A stretch of DNA of 64,000 nucleotides from NCBI GenBank assembly GCA_045627065.1, contig JAZQMX010000048.1, positions 13,014 through 77,013 of the forward strand, in the 5' to 3' direction. This DNA is from Bacteroidales bacterium. GTDB taxonomy: Bacteria; Bacteroidota; Bacteroidia; Bacteroidales; F082. Shown piece after piece: positions 50,706-61,245 of this stretch; within the stretch, counting starts at the first letter, position 1; every line of letters begins with the position of its first letter. A program made the translations under genes and the position numbers. The notes below the pieces were generated by a model. The model ran no database searches, was not told the origin of the DNA, and was given only the letters and a program-made list of their open reading frames with translations.

Positions 50706-53426
50706 ATGAAAAAGCATCTCCTTACCTTCATTGCACTGCTGGCAACGACTTTTGTCATGGCAGGCAACTTCGTGAGTATCAGTTATTCAGGTTATTCCAA
50801 CCTCCAGAAACTCTTTGCCGACAAGAATCTTGTCGTGCATTTTTATACTGACAATCAAGTGTTTGCCACGGCTGAACATTTCGATGCGGCAACCATGACG
50901 ATGATCGACGAAAACGCTTTTGCCGATTGCGAAGTCTATACCTTGCTCTATGGAACCGATTATCAGCAAGAGGCCTTGTATCGTCAGCCGGATTTTGTGG
51001 TCGTGAAAGGAACGGCACAGCCTATGAAAAACGATGGTTCTGTGGCCATCTTCAATAGGGAAGCATGTCTGCCTCAGTTGACACGCGAGTTTCCGGAAGT
51101 GACGGATGAGAACCCTGACATCCGCTATGCCATGGATCAGGTTTCCCAAGACTCGATGCGTGCTACGGTAGAGTTTTTGCAGGCATACCAGAACCGCAAA
51201 TGGGGAACCCAAAATGCCTTTGATGCTTCTGACTGGATCAAGAGCCGCTTTGAAGCTATGGGATTGGAAGAAGTTGAACAACAAGCCTTTACATACAGCG
51301 GTCAGAATGCCGCTCCTAATGTGATTGCCATCCAACGCGGCACGGTGAATCCTGATGTCTATGTGGTTTGCGGCAGCCACTTCGATTCGTACAGCTATTC
51401 CGGCAACTGCCCTGGTGCCGACGACAACGCTACGGGTGTGGCCAGCGTGCTCGAAACCGCCCGCCTGCTTTCGCAATATGAGTTCGATTATAGCATCATC
51501 TATTGCGCTTTCGGTTGCGAGGAAATGGGTCTCTACGGCAGTTCCGCCTACGCTTCACGCTGCCGCGAGCAAGGCATGGACATCATCGGCTATTTCAACA
51601 ACGACATGAACGGCTATCTCTATGGCGATGTGCATATTCACCAGATTTATCCTAATTCGGCTGAGCAATGCGGTGCGTTTTACCGCAGCGTTGGTGCTGC
51701 CTATTTCCCAGAGATGGTCATCGAGCACAAGAACTTCTCGTCGGGCGATAGCGACCATACTTCCTTCAATAACAATGGTTACCAAGGCATCTATCCGTTT
51801 GAGGATGTGGATCACTATAGCCCTTACATTCACACACCTAACGATACCATTGGCTTGAGCGTGAACGGTTGGCTGATGCCGCAACGTTATTGCCAAATGA
51901 ACCTCGGCTGCGTGGCCGAATGTGCTGTGATGCATCCTCGTGGGCCAGTCGTCTTCAATGAATATGTGCTTCACGATGATGGTGAACAGATTGACGGTAA
52001 GATGAATCCTGGAGAGAGAATCGTTCTTGACGTCACGATGCAAAATATGTTCGATTATGCTGTCAATGGAGTGAATGTGACCATCAGTTGCAACGATGAA
52101 AACGTTTCTTGGCAGACTCAAGAGGCCAATTTCGGTGATTTCGCTGCGGGCGAGACCAAGACTGTGGAACATGCCTTTGAGTTTTATCTCGACGAAAATG
52201 CTCCTGCACCAGCAAATTACCGCTTTACGCTTGTGGCTGATAATGGTACTGAAAGCTGCACATCTTCGTTCAAGATTACAGCCTACGCTCCTGTAATTGA
52301 ATATGCTAGCCTCGTCGTCCTTGATGATAACGGCTTGCTCGAACCTGGCGAAACCACAGACCTTCGTTTCCTTTTCGATAATGTCGGCAACGAAATCGCT
52401 TTCAATCTTGACGCTGTGCTTTCCACTGATTTTGAATTGATTACGCTTAACAATACAGAGACTCATGTTGCCGATGCACTTTTGCCTGGCGGTATGGCAT
52501 ACGCTGATTTCAATGTCACTTTAAGCTCTGAAGCTACGATGGCAATGGGTATCCCGTTTACATTGACGGTAGGAGGGAAGACCTTCGAGGTGGTTTATAA
52601 GAACGCTTGCAATGTGATCTTCACGCTGAACGATGCGTATGGCGATGGCTGGAATGGTGCCGCTCTGCTGGTTAATTTCAGCGACGGGACTCCTCAACGA
52701 TCGCTGACTGTCGCTTCGGGAAGCAGTGCGGTCTATATTGTCGAAATCGGAACAGGTGTGGAAGTGTCGCTGGCATGGCAAAATGGCTCGTGGGATAGCG
52801 AATGCAGCTATTCGGTGGCCTACGAAGGTGGCGCAACCATCTATTCGGGGCAAGGCTCTCAGAGCGGCACCTTCTTTACTTGGATTAACAACTGTGCTGG
52901 TGGTGGCGGTGATGCGCCTGAATTTTGCGGTAGCGTGCTTAATCTGGATGCACCAGTCGATAGACTCTATATCTCATGGGACGCTCCCGAAGGCGAAACG
53001 CCTGATTCATACGATGTCTATCGCGAGACGACATTCGTCGCCAATACGACCGAGACCGAGTTTCAAGACGATCCTGAATCATTTGGCTGGCTCGGTATCT
53101 GGATAAACTATTGCGTATATCCTGTCTATGGAAACTGCCAAGGCGAGATGGCTTGCGTTGAGGCCTATTGGGATCCTGATGGAGTGAATGAAGAAATGAG
53201 CCCAGTGAATGTGTATCCAAATCCAGCTGAGGGTCAAGTGATTGTTGAGGCTGATGGCTTGCAACGCATTGAGGTGTTCAATGTTTTGGGACAACAAGTG
53301 AAGGCTATCGAACTTGGAGGCCAAAACATCTATACACTTAACGTTGAAGGCTTCAATTCTGGTTTGTATCTTGCCAGAATCGTCACCAATTCTGGTGTTG
53401 AAACGGTGAGTGTCGTGGTAAAATAA
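50706..53426 (+). CDS. M28 family metallopeptidase with a large C-terminal extension and a T9SS sorting domain
   Basis: Start trimmed to MKKHLLTFIALLATTFVMA (ATG 50706). The M28 motifs are VVCGSHFDS, PGADDNATG, FGCEEMGLYGS and SDHTSF. The Por tail is VYPNPAEGQVIVEA...VFNVLGQQV...GLYLARIVT...VVVK. Confidence 0.85.
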   Translation: MKKHLLTFIALLATTFVMAGNFVSISYSGYSNLQKLFADKNLVVHFYTDNQVFATAEHFDAATMTMIDENAFADCEVYTLLYGTDYQQEALYRQPDFVVVKGTAQPMKNDGSVAIFNREACLPQLTREFPEVTDENPDIRYAMDQVSQDSMRATVEFLQAYQNRKWGTQNAFDASDWIKSRFEAMGLEEVEQQAFTYSGQNAAPNVIAIQRGTVNPDVYVVCGSHFDSYSYSGNCPGADDNATGVASVLETARLLSQYEFDYSIIYCAFGCEEMGLYGSSAYASRCREQGMDIIGYFNNDMNGYLYGDVHIHQIYPNSAEQCGAFYRSVGAAYFPEMVIEHKNFSSGDSDHTSFNNNGYQGIYPFEDVDHYSPYIHTPNDTIGLSVNGWLMPQRYCQMNLGCVAECAVMHPRGPVVFNEYVLHDDGEQIDGKMNPGERIVLDVTMQNMFDYAVNGVNVTISCNDENVSWQTQEANFGDFAAGETKTVEHAFEFYLDENAPAPANYRFTLVADNGTESCTSSFKITAYAPVIEYASLVVLDDNGLLEPGETTDLRFLFDNVGNEIAFNLDAVLSTDFELITLNNTETHVADALLPGGMAYADFNVTLSSEATMAMGIPFTLTVGGKTFEVVYKNACNVIFTLNDAYGDGWNGAALLVNFSDGTPQRSLTVASGSSAVYIVEIGTGVEVSLAWQNGSWDSECSYSVAYEGGATIYSGQGSQSGTFFTWINNCAGGGGDAPEFCGSVLNLDAPVDRLYISWDAPEGETPDSYDVYRETTFVANTTETEFQDDPESFGWLGIWINYCVYPVYGNCQGEMACVEAYWDPDGVNEEMSPVNVYPNPAEGQVIVEADGLQRIEVFNVLGQQVKAIELGGQNIYTLNVEGFNSGLYLARIVTNSGVETVSVVVK

Positions 53427-53434
53427 TGTGAGCT

Positions 53435-54313
53435 ATGAATATCGCCCTATTCGGAAAGAACCTCGCGCCTGAGAATGGCGTATATATGAAACAGCTGTTT
53501 GAGTTGCTTCGTGATAACGATTGCAAACTCTTGGTTTTTAGTCGTTTCGCTGAACAAATCAAGCCATTCATTCCTGATGCTTTGCATTACGATACGTTCT
53601 CGTCATACGCCGAATTGAAAGGTCGGGCCGATATGCTCTTTTCCATTGGCGGCGATGGCACCATCCTCGATGCCGTTCCATTTGTGCGCGATTCGGGAAT
53701 GCCGATTTTGGGCATCAACTTGGGACGCTTAGGTTTCTTGTCGTCGGTGTCGAAAAACGAAATTGAGGCCGCTTTCGGGAAGGTGCTTGCGGGTAAGTTC
53801 ACCATCGAGAAACGTACGCTTTTGGAACTCGTATCGCCCGACGACGTGTTTGGCGAAGTGAAATATGCCCTTAACGAACTCAACGTGATCCGTAACCCTG
53901 AGCACTCGCTTTTGGCCATCAAGGTTTGGGTTGAAGACAAGTTTTTGAACACCTATTGGGGTGATGGCATCTTGCTTGCAACACCCACGGGCTCAACGGC
54001 TTACTCGCTCAGCGCAGGCGGCCCTATCTTGGCTCCAAATGCTCATGATTTTGTGATTACGCCTATCGCCGCACACAATCTCACTGTTCGTCCGGTGGTC
54101 ATTCCTGACGACAGCGAAGTGCGTATTTCGGTGGAAGGTCGCGAGAAGCAATTCGTCTTCAGCATGGACTCGCACACTTGCGCCTTGCCTACTTCGGTGG
54201 AACTGGTGGTGCGCAAAGCCGACTTCTGCATCAACCTCGCTAGGATGGAGGGCGACGATTTCTTTTCAACCATCCGCAACAAATTAATGTGGGGAAAAGA
54301 CAATAGAAACTGA
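53435..54313 (+). CDS. nadK: NAD+ kinase
   Basis: Motifs are GGDGTILD, INLGRLGFL and ATPTGSTAYSLSAGGPI. Confidence 0.95.
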   Translation: MNIALFGKNLAPENGVYMKQLFELLRDNDCKLLVFSRFAEQIKPFIPDALHYDTFSSYAELKGRADMLFSIGGDGTILDAVPFVRDSGMPILGINLGRLGFLSSVSKNEIEAAFGKVLAGKFTIEKRTLLELVSPDDVFGEVKYALNELNVIRNPEHSLLAIKVWVEDKFLNTYWGDGILLATPTGSTAYSLSAGGPILAPNAHDFVITPIAAHNLTVRPVVIPDDSEVRISVEGREKQFVFSMDSHTCALPTSVELVVRKADFCINLARMEGDDFFSTIRNKLMWGKDNRN

Positions 54314-54341
54314 TTTCTCTCGTTTCAAAGGAAATTTTTCA

Positions 54342-54349
54342 TACATTTG
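54342..54349 (+). promoter_or_regulatory. -7 box (TACATTTG)
   Basis: Matches TAnnTTTG. It lies 74 nt upstream of the ATG at 54423. Confidence 0.35.
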
Positions 54350-54422
54350 CACGCTTATTTTGAATAGGTGTACACTATGGTTATTGTGTGCACTAATATG
54401 GTAAGCAGAAACGAATTTGAAT

Positions 54423-55250
54423 ATGCTTAAGAGATTTCGCTTTTTATTGATTATCAGCTGCTTGGCATTGTTTTTAAATGCGCAAGCCCAATTTGACGCA
54501 CCCAAGTCTATCGAGATTGGCCCTCATGGCGGCATCAGTTATTATGTCGGCGACCTTAATCCTGCCAAGCATTTTGCCCAATCAAGTTGGCAAGCTGGAG
54601 CGGTGGTGCGGTACAACCAAAGCGACCGTTGGGTCTATCGTCTCGATTACACTTATGCTAACGTGCAGGCTTCTGACGAGGTTATCCAATGGCGTCCCGA
54701 GCGTGGTTTGGATTTCTATTCGACCATTCACGATATCAGCTTGATGGTCGAATTCAATTTCATGGAATATTACACAGGCAATCCGAAGCGTAATTTCTCG
54801 CCATACCTTTTCGCAGGCATTTCTGGCTTTATGTTCAATCCTTGCCATGTATCTGATTCAACGATGGTTGAGCTACAACCTTTGCAAACCGAGGGCGTGA
54901 GTTATTCGAAGTTCAATGTTTCCATCCCATTTGGATTTGGCTTCAAGATGTCGCTCTCAAAACACATCTGCGCAGCGTTAGAATGGCGTATGCACAAGAC
55001 CTTTACCGATTATCTTGACGATTGTGGTGGCGTTTATCCGAACCGTGCCGGTTCGCATAATGTGCTGGCCACTGTACCTACCGTCGACCAAAATATTTAC
55101 GACAACTATACCGACCCGACAGGCAACTATGCTGCTGGTATGCAACGTGGCAACTCGTCGTTCAAGGATTGGTATGGTGTGGTTGGCCTTTCGCTCACAT
55201 GGAAGTTCAATCTGCCTGATACTAGAGGCTGCAACCTTAGCAAGTTCTGA
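54423..55250 (+). CDS. Outer-membrane beta-barrel protein (DUF6089-like; unverified)
   Basis: The signal peptide is MLKRFRFLLIISCLALFLNAQAQ. The sequence has alternating aromatic/hydrophilic beta-strand periodicity and a C-terminal ...LSLTWKF. Confidence 0.6.
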   Translation: MLKRFRFLLIISCLALFLNAQAQFDAPKSIEIGPHGGISYYVGDLNPAKHFAQSSWQAGAVVRYNQSDRWVYRLDYTYANVQASDEVIQWRPERGLDFYSTIHDISLMVEFNFMEYYTGNPKRNFSPYLFAGISGFMFNPCHVSDSTMVELQPLQTEGVSYSKFNVSIPFGFGFKMSLSKHICAALEWRMHKTFTDYLDDCGGVYPNRAGSHNVLATVPTVDQNIYDNYTDPTGNYAAGMQRGNSSFKDWYGVVGLSLTWKFNLPDTRGCNLSKF

Positions 55251-55252
55251 AC

Positions 55253-55996
55253 ATGGAATTGAAAGACCAAATCAATATCGAACGTTTGCCTAAGCACATC
55301 GCCATCATCATGGATGGCAACGGTCGTTGGGCTAAGGAGCATGGTAAGCAACGTCTTTTCGGACATCAAACCGCTATCCAATCGGTGCGTGATGTGAGCC
55401 AAGCCTGTGCTGAAATAGGTGTGAAATACCTTACGCTTTACACTTTCTCGACCGAAAATTGGAACCGTCCTTTGGCAGAGGTGACGGGCTTGATGACCTT
55501 GCTGGCCCAGACCATCAAGAGCGAAGTGGCTACGCTGGATAAAAACAACATACGTCTCCAAGCCATCGGCGATCTGAAGAGCCTTCCTAAGTCGAATTAC
55601 GACTTGCTGATGGATGCCATCGACAAGACTAAGAACAATACAGGATTGAACTTGATCCTTGCCTTGAGTTACTCGGGCCGTTGGGACCTCATGCAGGCCT
55701 CGCGCCGTATGGCTACCGATGCTGCTGTAGGCATCATCAAACCGGAAGAAATCACACAAGACACAATAGACAATTACCTTTCGACAGCTGGAATTCCTGA
55801 TCCTGAGTTGCTTATCCGCACCAGCGGTGAGGAACGCATCAGCAATTTCCTGCTGTGGCAACTGGCATATTCCGAACTCTATTTCACTCCAAAGTATTGG
55901 CCGGATTTTCATGAAACAGACCTCTATGAGGCCATCCTGAATTATCAGAGCCGTGAACGCCGTTTCGGTAAAACCAGCGAACAAGTCGCAAAATAA
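55253..55996 (+). CDS. uppS: Isoprenyl transferase (undecaprenyl-diphosphate synthase)
   Basis: Motifs are HIAIIMDGNGRWA, LTLYTFSTENWNRP and RTSGEERISNFLLWQLAYSELYF. Confidence 0.96.
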   Translation: MELKDQINIERLPKHIAIIMDGNGRWAKEHGKQRLFGHQTAIQSVRDVSQACAEIGVKYLTLYTFSTENWNRPLAEVTGLMTLLAQTIKSEVATLDKNNIRLQAIGDLKSLPKSNYDLLMDAIDKTKNNTGLNLILALSYSGRWDLMQASRRMATDAAVGIIKPEEITQDTIDNYLSTAGIPDPELLIRTSGEERISNFLLWQLAYSELYFTPKYWPDFHETDLYEAILNYQSRERRFGKTSEQVAK

Positions 55997-58656
55997 TGAA
56001 CAATCGAATGAAAAGATATTTACTAAGATACGTCCTTTTGGCATTTATGGCCGTGCTGCTGACTAGCAACGATCTGCTCGCGCAGATTCAAATTGGCGAT
56101 GACCTATCCGAAGTCGATTATGCTAGACCAAAAGAATATGAGATTGGTGGAGTGACAGTAGAAGGTGCGCAATTTGTTGACGGCACCATGCTTACCATGC
56201 TTGCCGGATTGAAGGTGGGCGAAACCATCAAAATCCCGGGCGATGATATCGCTTCTGCTATCCGTAAGATTTGGGATCAAGGACTGTTTGAAGATGTAGC
56301 CATCAATGCTACCGATTTCGTGGCCGACAAGGTGTTCCTCCAGATTGTCATCAAGGAACGCCCTCGTGTATCGAAATTCTCGTTTACGGGTATCAAGAAG
56401 TCGGATGCTGACGATATCCGCAGCAAAATTAACCTTTCTAGAGGCGACATCGCCACCGACCATCTGTTCACCAAGACCTCTCGTATCATCGAGAACTTCT
56501 ATTACGACAAAGGTTATCTGAACGCAAAAATCGACATCGAACAAGTTGCAGATTCCACTCGTGAGAACTATATCGACATGGTTATCCATGTGGACAAGGG
56601 CGAGAAGGTGAAGATTGGAAAAATCAATATCATCGGTAACGAGAACCTTTCTGACGTACAGATTCAATCGACCATGAAGGACACCAAGCAACGCGGCCAT
56701 TTCGACCCGCTCAACCCACTTGGTCCGATGATAGTGAATACGGTTGCTGATCTGGTCACCCTGAAGCCTTTGCGCGCTGTCAACGATGTTGAGGTGTATT
56801 TCTACGAGAATTATCGTCCTCGTATCTTCAAGTCGTCAAAATATCTTGAGAAGAAGTACAAGGAAGACAAGACGAAGATCATCGAGAAATACAATGCCAA
56901 AGGTTATCGCGATGCTATCATCACCCGCGATTCCATCTATAAGATCGACGATAAGAACATTGGCATCGACCTCGTTATCGATGAAGGACCGAAGTATTAC
57001 TACCGTGACATCAAATGGACGGGTAATACCAAGTACTCAAGTGAAGTTCTGGGTAATTTGTTGGGTATCAAGAAAGGCGATGTCTATAACAAGGAATTGA
57101 TGGACAAGAACCTTACTTATAGTGAGACGACTTTGGATATCAGTTCGTTGTATATGGACGATGGTTATCTTTTCTTCCAGGTAAATCCTGTGGAAGTGGC
57201 TGTCGAGAACGACTCGATCGACTACGAAATCCGTCTTCACGAAGGTGAGCAGGCTCGCATTAGCAACGTCACCTTGTCGGGCAATACCAAGACCTACGAC
57301 CACGTGGTGCTTCGTGAGCTCTATACCCGTCCTGGTAATTTGTTCAGCCGTAGCGATGTCACTCGTACCATCCGTGAGTTGGCAACTTTGGGATTCTTCA
57401 ACCAAGAGTCCATCAATCCTGACATCAAGCCGAACTATTCTGACCATACCGTCGATATCGAATATCAGGTTGAAGAAGCGGCTGCCGACCAAATACAGGC
57501 CTCGGCTGGTTATGGCTATGGCATGCTGATGCTGCAGCTCGGCTTGCAGTTCTCCAATTTCTCGATGAGGAATTTGCTCAAGAAAGACGCTTGGCGTCCT
57601 ATCCCGGGTGGCGATGGCCAGAAACTCGCATTGAATGTGACTACTTACGGAACACGTTACATCAACTATGGCTTTTCGTTCACCGAGCCATGGCTGGGCG
57701 GTCGTAAGGCTAATTCGCTGACCACTTCGGTCTATCAATCGTTCTATTCCAATGGCCTTGAACGCAGCGATGACAACTTCGGCTGGTTTAAAATGACGGG
57801 TGTCTCTATGGGCTTAGGCCAACGCCTTACTTGGCCTGACGACTACTTCACCTCCTACATGGGCGTCAATTTCATGCGCTATAGCTTGAAGAACTATACT
57901 ACTTCGGGTTTTGCAATTGGTAACGGTCAAGGAAACTATAACTTGATTAGTTATAACATCACGATTAGCCGCAACTCGGTCAGCCAGCCGCTTTATCCGC
58001 GCAACGGTTCCGAATTCCAGATTGGCTTGGAAATCACGCCACCTTATTCGCTCTTCTCCGATAAGGACTATACCAATTTGGAAGACACCGAGAAATACAA
58101 GTGGATTGAAATGCACAAGTGGAAGTTCAAGGCAGTGTGGTACACCGAATTGTACGACAAGTTGGTCATGATGACCCGCATTCGTTTCGGTTATCTCGGT
58201 TGCTTCAACAAGGATATCGGACCTACGCCATTCCACCGTTTCTATTTGGGTGGCGATGGTTTGAGCACCTATTCGCTTGATAGCCGTGAGTTGGTAGGCA
58301 TGCGTGGTTATAAGAATAATGCACTCACCCCAGGCTATTACCTTACTGGTGACTCGGGTTCGGGAGGTGGTAACATCTTCACGAAATACACGCTTGAGAT
58401 GCGTTATCCTTTGTCGCTTAATCCACAGGCTACCATCTATGCGCTGGGCTTCCTCGAAGCAGGTAACTGCTGGTTGGGCTTCGAAAACTTCAACCCATTT
58501 GAAGTGAAACGCTCGGCAGGTTTGGGTGTGCGTATCTATCTGCCGATGTTCGGCTTGCTAGGCCTCGACTGGGGTTATGGTTTCGACGACGTGTACGGCA
58601 CTTCAAACGCCAACGGTAGCCAATTCCACTTCTCTATTGGCGGCTCTATCGATTAA
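55996..58656 (+). CDS. bamA: Outer membrane protein assembly factor BamA
   Basis: 886 aa with POTRA repeats and a C-terminal Omp85 barrel ending ...FHFSIGGSID. It follows uppS with a 1-nt overlap. Confidence 0.93.
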   Translation: MNNRMKRYLLRYVLLAFMAVLLTSNDLLAQIQIGDDLSEVDYARPKEYEIGGVTVEGAQFVDGTMLTMLAGLKVGETIKIPGDDIASAIRKIWDQGLFEDVAINATDFVADKVFLQIVIKERPRVSKFSFTGIKKSDADDIRSKINLSRGDIATDHLFTKTSRIIENFYYDKGYLNAKIDIEQVADSTRENYIDMVIHVDKGEKVKIGKINIIGNENLSDVQIQSTMKDTKQRGHFDPLNPLGPMIVNTVADLVTLKPLRAVNDVEVYFYENYRPRIFKSSKYLEKKYKEDKTKIIEKYNAKGYRDAIITRDSIYKIDDKNIGIDLVIDEGPKYYYRDIKWTGNTKYSSEVLGNLLGIKKGDVYNKELMDKNLTYSETTLDISSLYMDDGYLFFQVNPVEVAVENDSIDYEIRLHEGEQARISNVTLSGNTKTYDHVVLRELYTRPGNLFSRSDVTRTIRELATLGFFNQESINPDIKPNYSDHTVDIEYQVEEAAADQIQASAGYGYGMLMLQLGLQFSNFSMRNLLKKDAWRPIPGGDGQKLALNVTTYGTRYINYGFSFTEPWLGGRKANSLTTSVYQSFYSNGLERSDDNFGWFKMTGVSMGLGQRLTWPDDYFTSYMGVNFMRYSLKNYTTSGFAIGNGQGNYNLISYNITISRNSVSQPLYPRNGSEFQIGLEITPPYSLFSDKDYTNLEDTEKYKWIEMHKWKFKAVWYTELYDKLVMMTRIRFGYLGCFNKDIGPTPFHRFYLGGDGLSTYSLDSRELVGMRGYKNNALTPGYYLTGDSGSGGGNIFTKYTLEMRYPLSLNPQATIYALGFLEAGNCWLGFENFNPFEVKRSAGLGVRIYLPMFGLLGLDWGYGFDDVYGTSNANGSQFHFSIGGSID

Positions 58657-58717
58657 TTTAAAAAGTGGAATAATATTTGATAAACAAATTACGAAATAAT
58701 AAAAATCGAAAAATAAA

Positions 58718-59365
58718 ATGAAAACACTTAGAACATTAGTTTTGGTCGCTGCATTTGTGTGCGGTGGTGTATTTACGGCCAATGCCCAGATGGGCGGCCA
58801 GAAGATAGTTTATGTCGATTCAGAGTATATCATGGAGAACATCCCAGAGTATGCAGATGCCCAGGAACAGCTTGAGTCGATGTCAGTGAAATGGCAGAAG
58901 GAAATCAAGGCCATCTACGATAAAGTATCGGAGATGTATTCCAAGTATCAGACTGAGATGGTACTTCTTTCGGAAGACCAGAAGCACGCTCGCGAACAAG
59001 AGATTATTAATAAGGAGCAAGAAGCCAAGAATCTTCAAATGCAATATTTTGGTGCTGAAGGCCAACTCTACCAAAAGCGCACCGAGTTGATTCAGCCTAT
59101 CCAAGAGAAGATCTACACGGCCATGAACGAACTTGCCCAACAGAAGAACTACGCTTTCATCTTCGATTTGGCTTCGGGCACCTCGGTGCTGTGGGCTAGC
59201 GACAAGAACGATGTCAGCGACGACGTCCTCGACCAGCTCGGCAATGTGATGCAAACCGTCCGCCGTGAAGACCGTCAACGTTCGGGTGCTGTGCAAGGCA
59301 AGGGCAATTCAAGCAACGCCAGCAGCCCCAAGAGCGCTCCTGCTGGAAAAGGCGGAAAGAAATAA
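58718..59365 (+). CDS. OmpH/Skp family periplasmic chaperone
   Basis: Has a signal peptide, a coiled-coil (QKEIKAIYDK...QEQEAKNLQ...) and ...YAFIFDL. A low-complexity C-terminal tail follows. Confidence 0.85.
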   Translation: MKTLRTLVLVAAFVCGGVFTANAQMGGQKIVYVDSEYIMENIPEYADAQEQLESMSVKWQKEIKAIYDKVSEMYSKYQTEMVLLSEDQKHAREQEIINKEQEAKNLQMQYFGAEGQLYQKRTELIQPIQEKIYTAMNELAQQKNYAFIFDLASGTSVLWASDKNDVSDDVLDQLGNVMQTVRREDRQRSGAVQGKGNSSNASSPKSAPAGKGGKK

Positions 59366-59396
59366 GACAGAAAGAAAATCCTAAAGGGTTTTTTAC

Positions 59397-59404
59397 TATC
59401 TTTG
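59397..59404 (+). promoter_or_regulatory. -7 box (TATCTTTG)
   Basis: Matches TAnnTTTG. It lies 51 nt upstream of the ATG at 59455. Confidence 0.4.
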
Positions 59405-59454
59405 CCGCCCAAAACAAATGCAATTAAGAGTCTAACAAATTTAAAATACGCAAA

Positions 59455-59970
59455 ATGAACAAGTTATTTAAAGTAATGTTTTTGGCTGTCGCTCTGTTCG
59501 TCGTGAGCGGTGTCGCCAATGCCCAAGTGAAGATTGCTCATGTGAGCACTGCCGAAGTTCTCGATGCCATGCCTGACAAAGTATCAGCTGAAAAGAAGCT
59601 CGAGAACCATTATAATGAACTCGACAAGCAACTTCAAGCCATGGCTACTGAATACCAAACCAAGGTGCAGGAATATGAAGCTAACCAAGCTACCATGTCA
59701 AGCCTGGTGAAGCAATCGAAGGAAAAGGAAATCGTCGATATCCAAAACCGTATCCAGCAATTCCAAGCCAATGCTGAACAAGAGTTCGAAGCCAAGCGTG
59801 CCGAACTGCTTCAGCCTATCCTCGAGAAGATTCAGAATGCCATCAACGCTGTCGGTAAGGAAAAAGGTTACACCTACATCCTCGACACAGCTACTGGTGC
59901 TGCTGTCTACATTGGCGCCGATGCTATCGATTGCACCAAGGACGTGAAAGCCAAATTAGGCATCAAGTAA
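59455..59970 (+). CDS. OmpH/Skp family periplasmic chaperone
   Basis: 171 aa. Has a signal peptide, a coiled-coil and ...GYTYILD. Confidence 0.88.
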   Translation: MNKLFKVMFLAVALFVVSGVANAQVKIAHVSTAEVLDAMPDKVSAEKKLENHYNELDKQLQAMATEYQTKVQEYEANQATMSSLVKQSKEKEIVDIQNRIQQFQANAEQEFEAKRAELLQPILEKIQNAINAVGKEKGYTYILDTATGAAVYIGADAIDCTKDVKAKLGIK

Positions 59971-59992
59971 TCATTTGAATCACTCATAAAGC

Positions 59993-60029
59993 AAAAGTCG
60001 CTCCTTCGGGGCGACTTTTTGTTTTTTTT
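59993..60029 (+). terminator. Intrinsic terminator after the bamA-ompH operon
   Basis: aaaAGTCGCTCCttcgGGGCGACTttttgtttttttt has a stem with a TTCG loop followed by a T-run. Confidence 0.85.
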
Positions 60030-60087
60030 GATAAGAAAATAAACTCTTGTTGCTTTAATTTTACTATTTTTACCGCCCAATTTAAAA

Positions 60088-60807
60088 ATGATACAAATGA
60101 GAATATTTAAGTGCATACTGGCTTTGTCGATGGTGATGTTACTCTTTACATCTTGCAACAAGGGCGAAGGCAAAGGCGGCACAGGTACCATCCAAGGTTA
60201 TGTGAAACTCGTCCAACACCCTGACGACGATTACCAGTTGTATACCGATACGGTCAATGCGGCTAAGACTGATGTCTTCATCGTGTATGGCAACGATGAC
60301 TTCTACGGCGATGATGTGGAGACAGGCCCTGATGGTTTGTATCGTTTCGAGTATCTGCGTCCTGGCAATTACACTGTGTTTGCCTATTCTACTATGGCTT
60401 CGGGCGAAAAGGTTGCCGTCAGCGAATCGGTAGACCTGACAGCAAATGCCGTTGTCAAGGTGCCCACGATTTATATCCATGAAGGGAAGGCATATGGCAC
60501 TTCTATAGTGAAAGGAAAAGTGTACGCCACCTATTACCACAATGGCAACTATCGTGGTGAGGGCTGGGCCTATGAACATCGCGTATATATCCGTAAGGCC
60601 GGTGAGAATTTGCATTTTGACGACACCCGTGTCGGGCCAGAAGGCGAGTTCGTCTTTCAGAAGCTCTTGCCAGGTGATTACGAGGTGTTTACTGTAAGCG
60701 AGGACTTTAACGAGGTACCGTACTTTGTTTTCCAATCAATCCATGTTGATGAAGCTGGCATGATTTATGAATTGGAGAACCAGTTTGAAGTGGTTATTAA
60801 TGTTTAA
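60088..60807 (+). CDS. Lipoprotein with carboxypeptidase-regulatory-like beta-sandwich repeats
   Basis: The lipobox is LLFTSC. The repeats are YRFEYLRPGNYTVFAYS and FVFQKLLPGDYEVFTVS. The ATG at 60097 is an alternative start. Confidence 0.55.
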   Translation: MIQMRIFKCILALSMVMLLFTSCNKGEGKGGTGTIQGYVKLVQHPDDDYQLYTDTVNAAKTDVFIVYGNDDFYGDDVETGPDGLYRFEYLRPGNYTVFAYSTMASGEKVAVSESVDLTANAVVKVPTIYIHEGKAYGTSIVKGKVYATYYHNGNYRGEGWAYEHRVYIRKAGENLHFDDTRVGPEGEFVFQKLLPGDYEVFTVSEDFNEVPYFVFQSIHVDEAGMIYELENQFEVVINV

Positions 60808-60813
60808 GAGAAT

Positions 60814-61245
60814 ATGAGACGCTTTACCTTATTATTAATAATGCTCGCCTTTGGCATGGGGGCTTTCGCCCAGTCGGTATCACAAGGCACTGTGGTGAAA
60901 CGTGAACGCCGTAAAGGCATGACCGTGAAGGAATGGAATACGCCTTCGGGTAGTAAGCAGGCTTTTTTGGACCATGTGACCAGCTATGACTCGTTGGGTC
61001 GAAAGATTGAGGAGATTGAATATGCCAACTACGGGCAGAAATCACGTGTGGTGAGCGAATATCCGGCAGGTAGCGGCGTGACCGCCAAAGTGTCGCGCGA
61101 AATCGAATACAACGATCGCGATAAGGTGGTGCGTATTCGCAAGTTCGAGTACTATGACGATGGAACCAAGAAACGCCAACTTAACTATTACCCTAATGGC
61201 AAGCTCGAGTCGGTGAAAGTGTTCGAGTACATCCCAAAAGATTGA
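60814..61245 (+). CDS. Small secreted hypothetical protein (repeated beta-hairpin pattern)
   Basis: Has a signal peptide (MRRFTLLLIMLAFGMGAFAQ). Its stop overlaps the next gene's ATG (TGAATG). Confidence 0.5.
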   Translation: MRRFTLLLIMLAFGMGAFAQSVSQGTVVKRERRKGMTVKEWNTPSGSKQAFLDHVTSYDSLGRKIEEIEYANYGQKSRVVSEYPAGSGVTAKVSREIEYNDRDKVVRIRKFEYYDDGTKKRQLNYYPNGKLESVKVFEYIPKD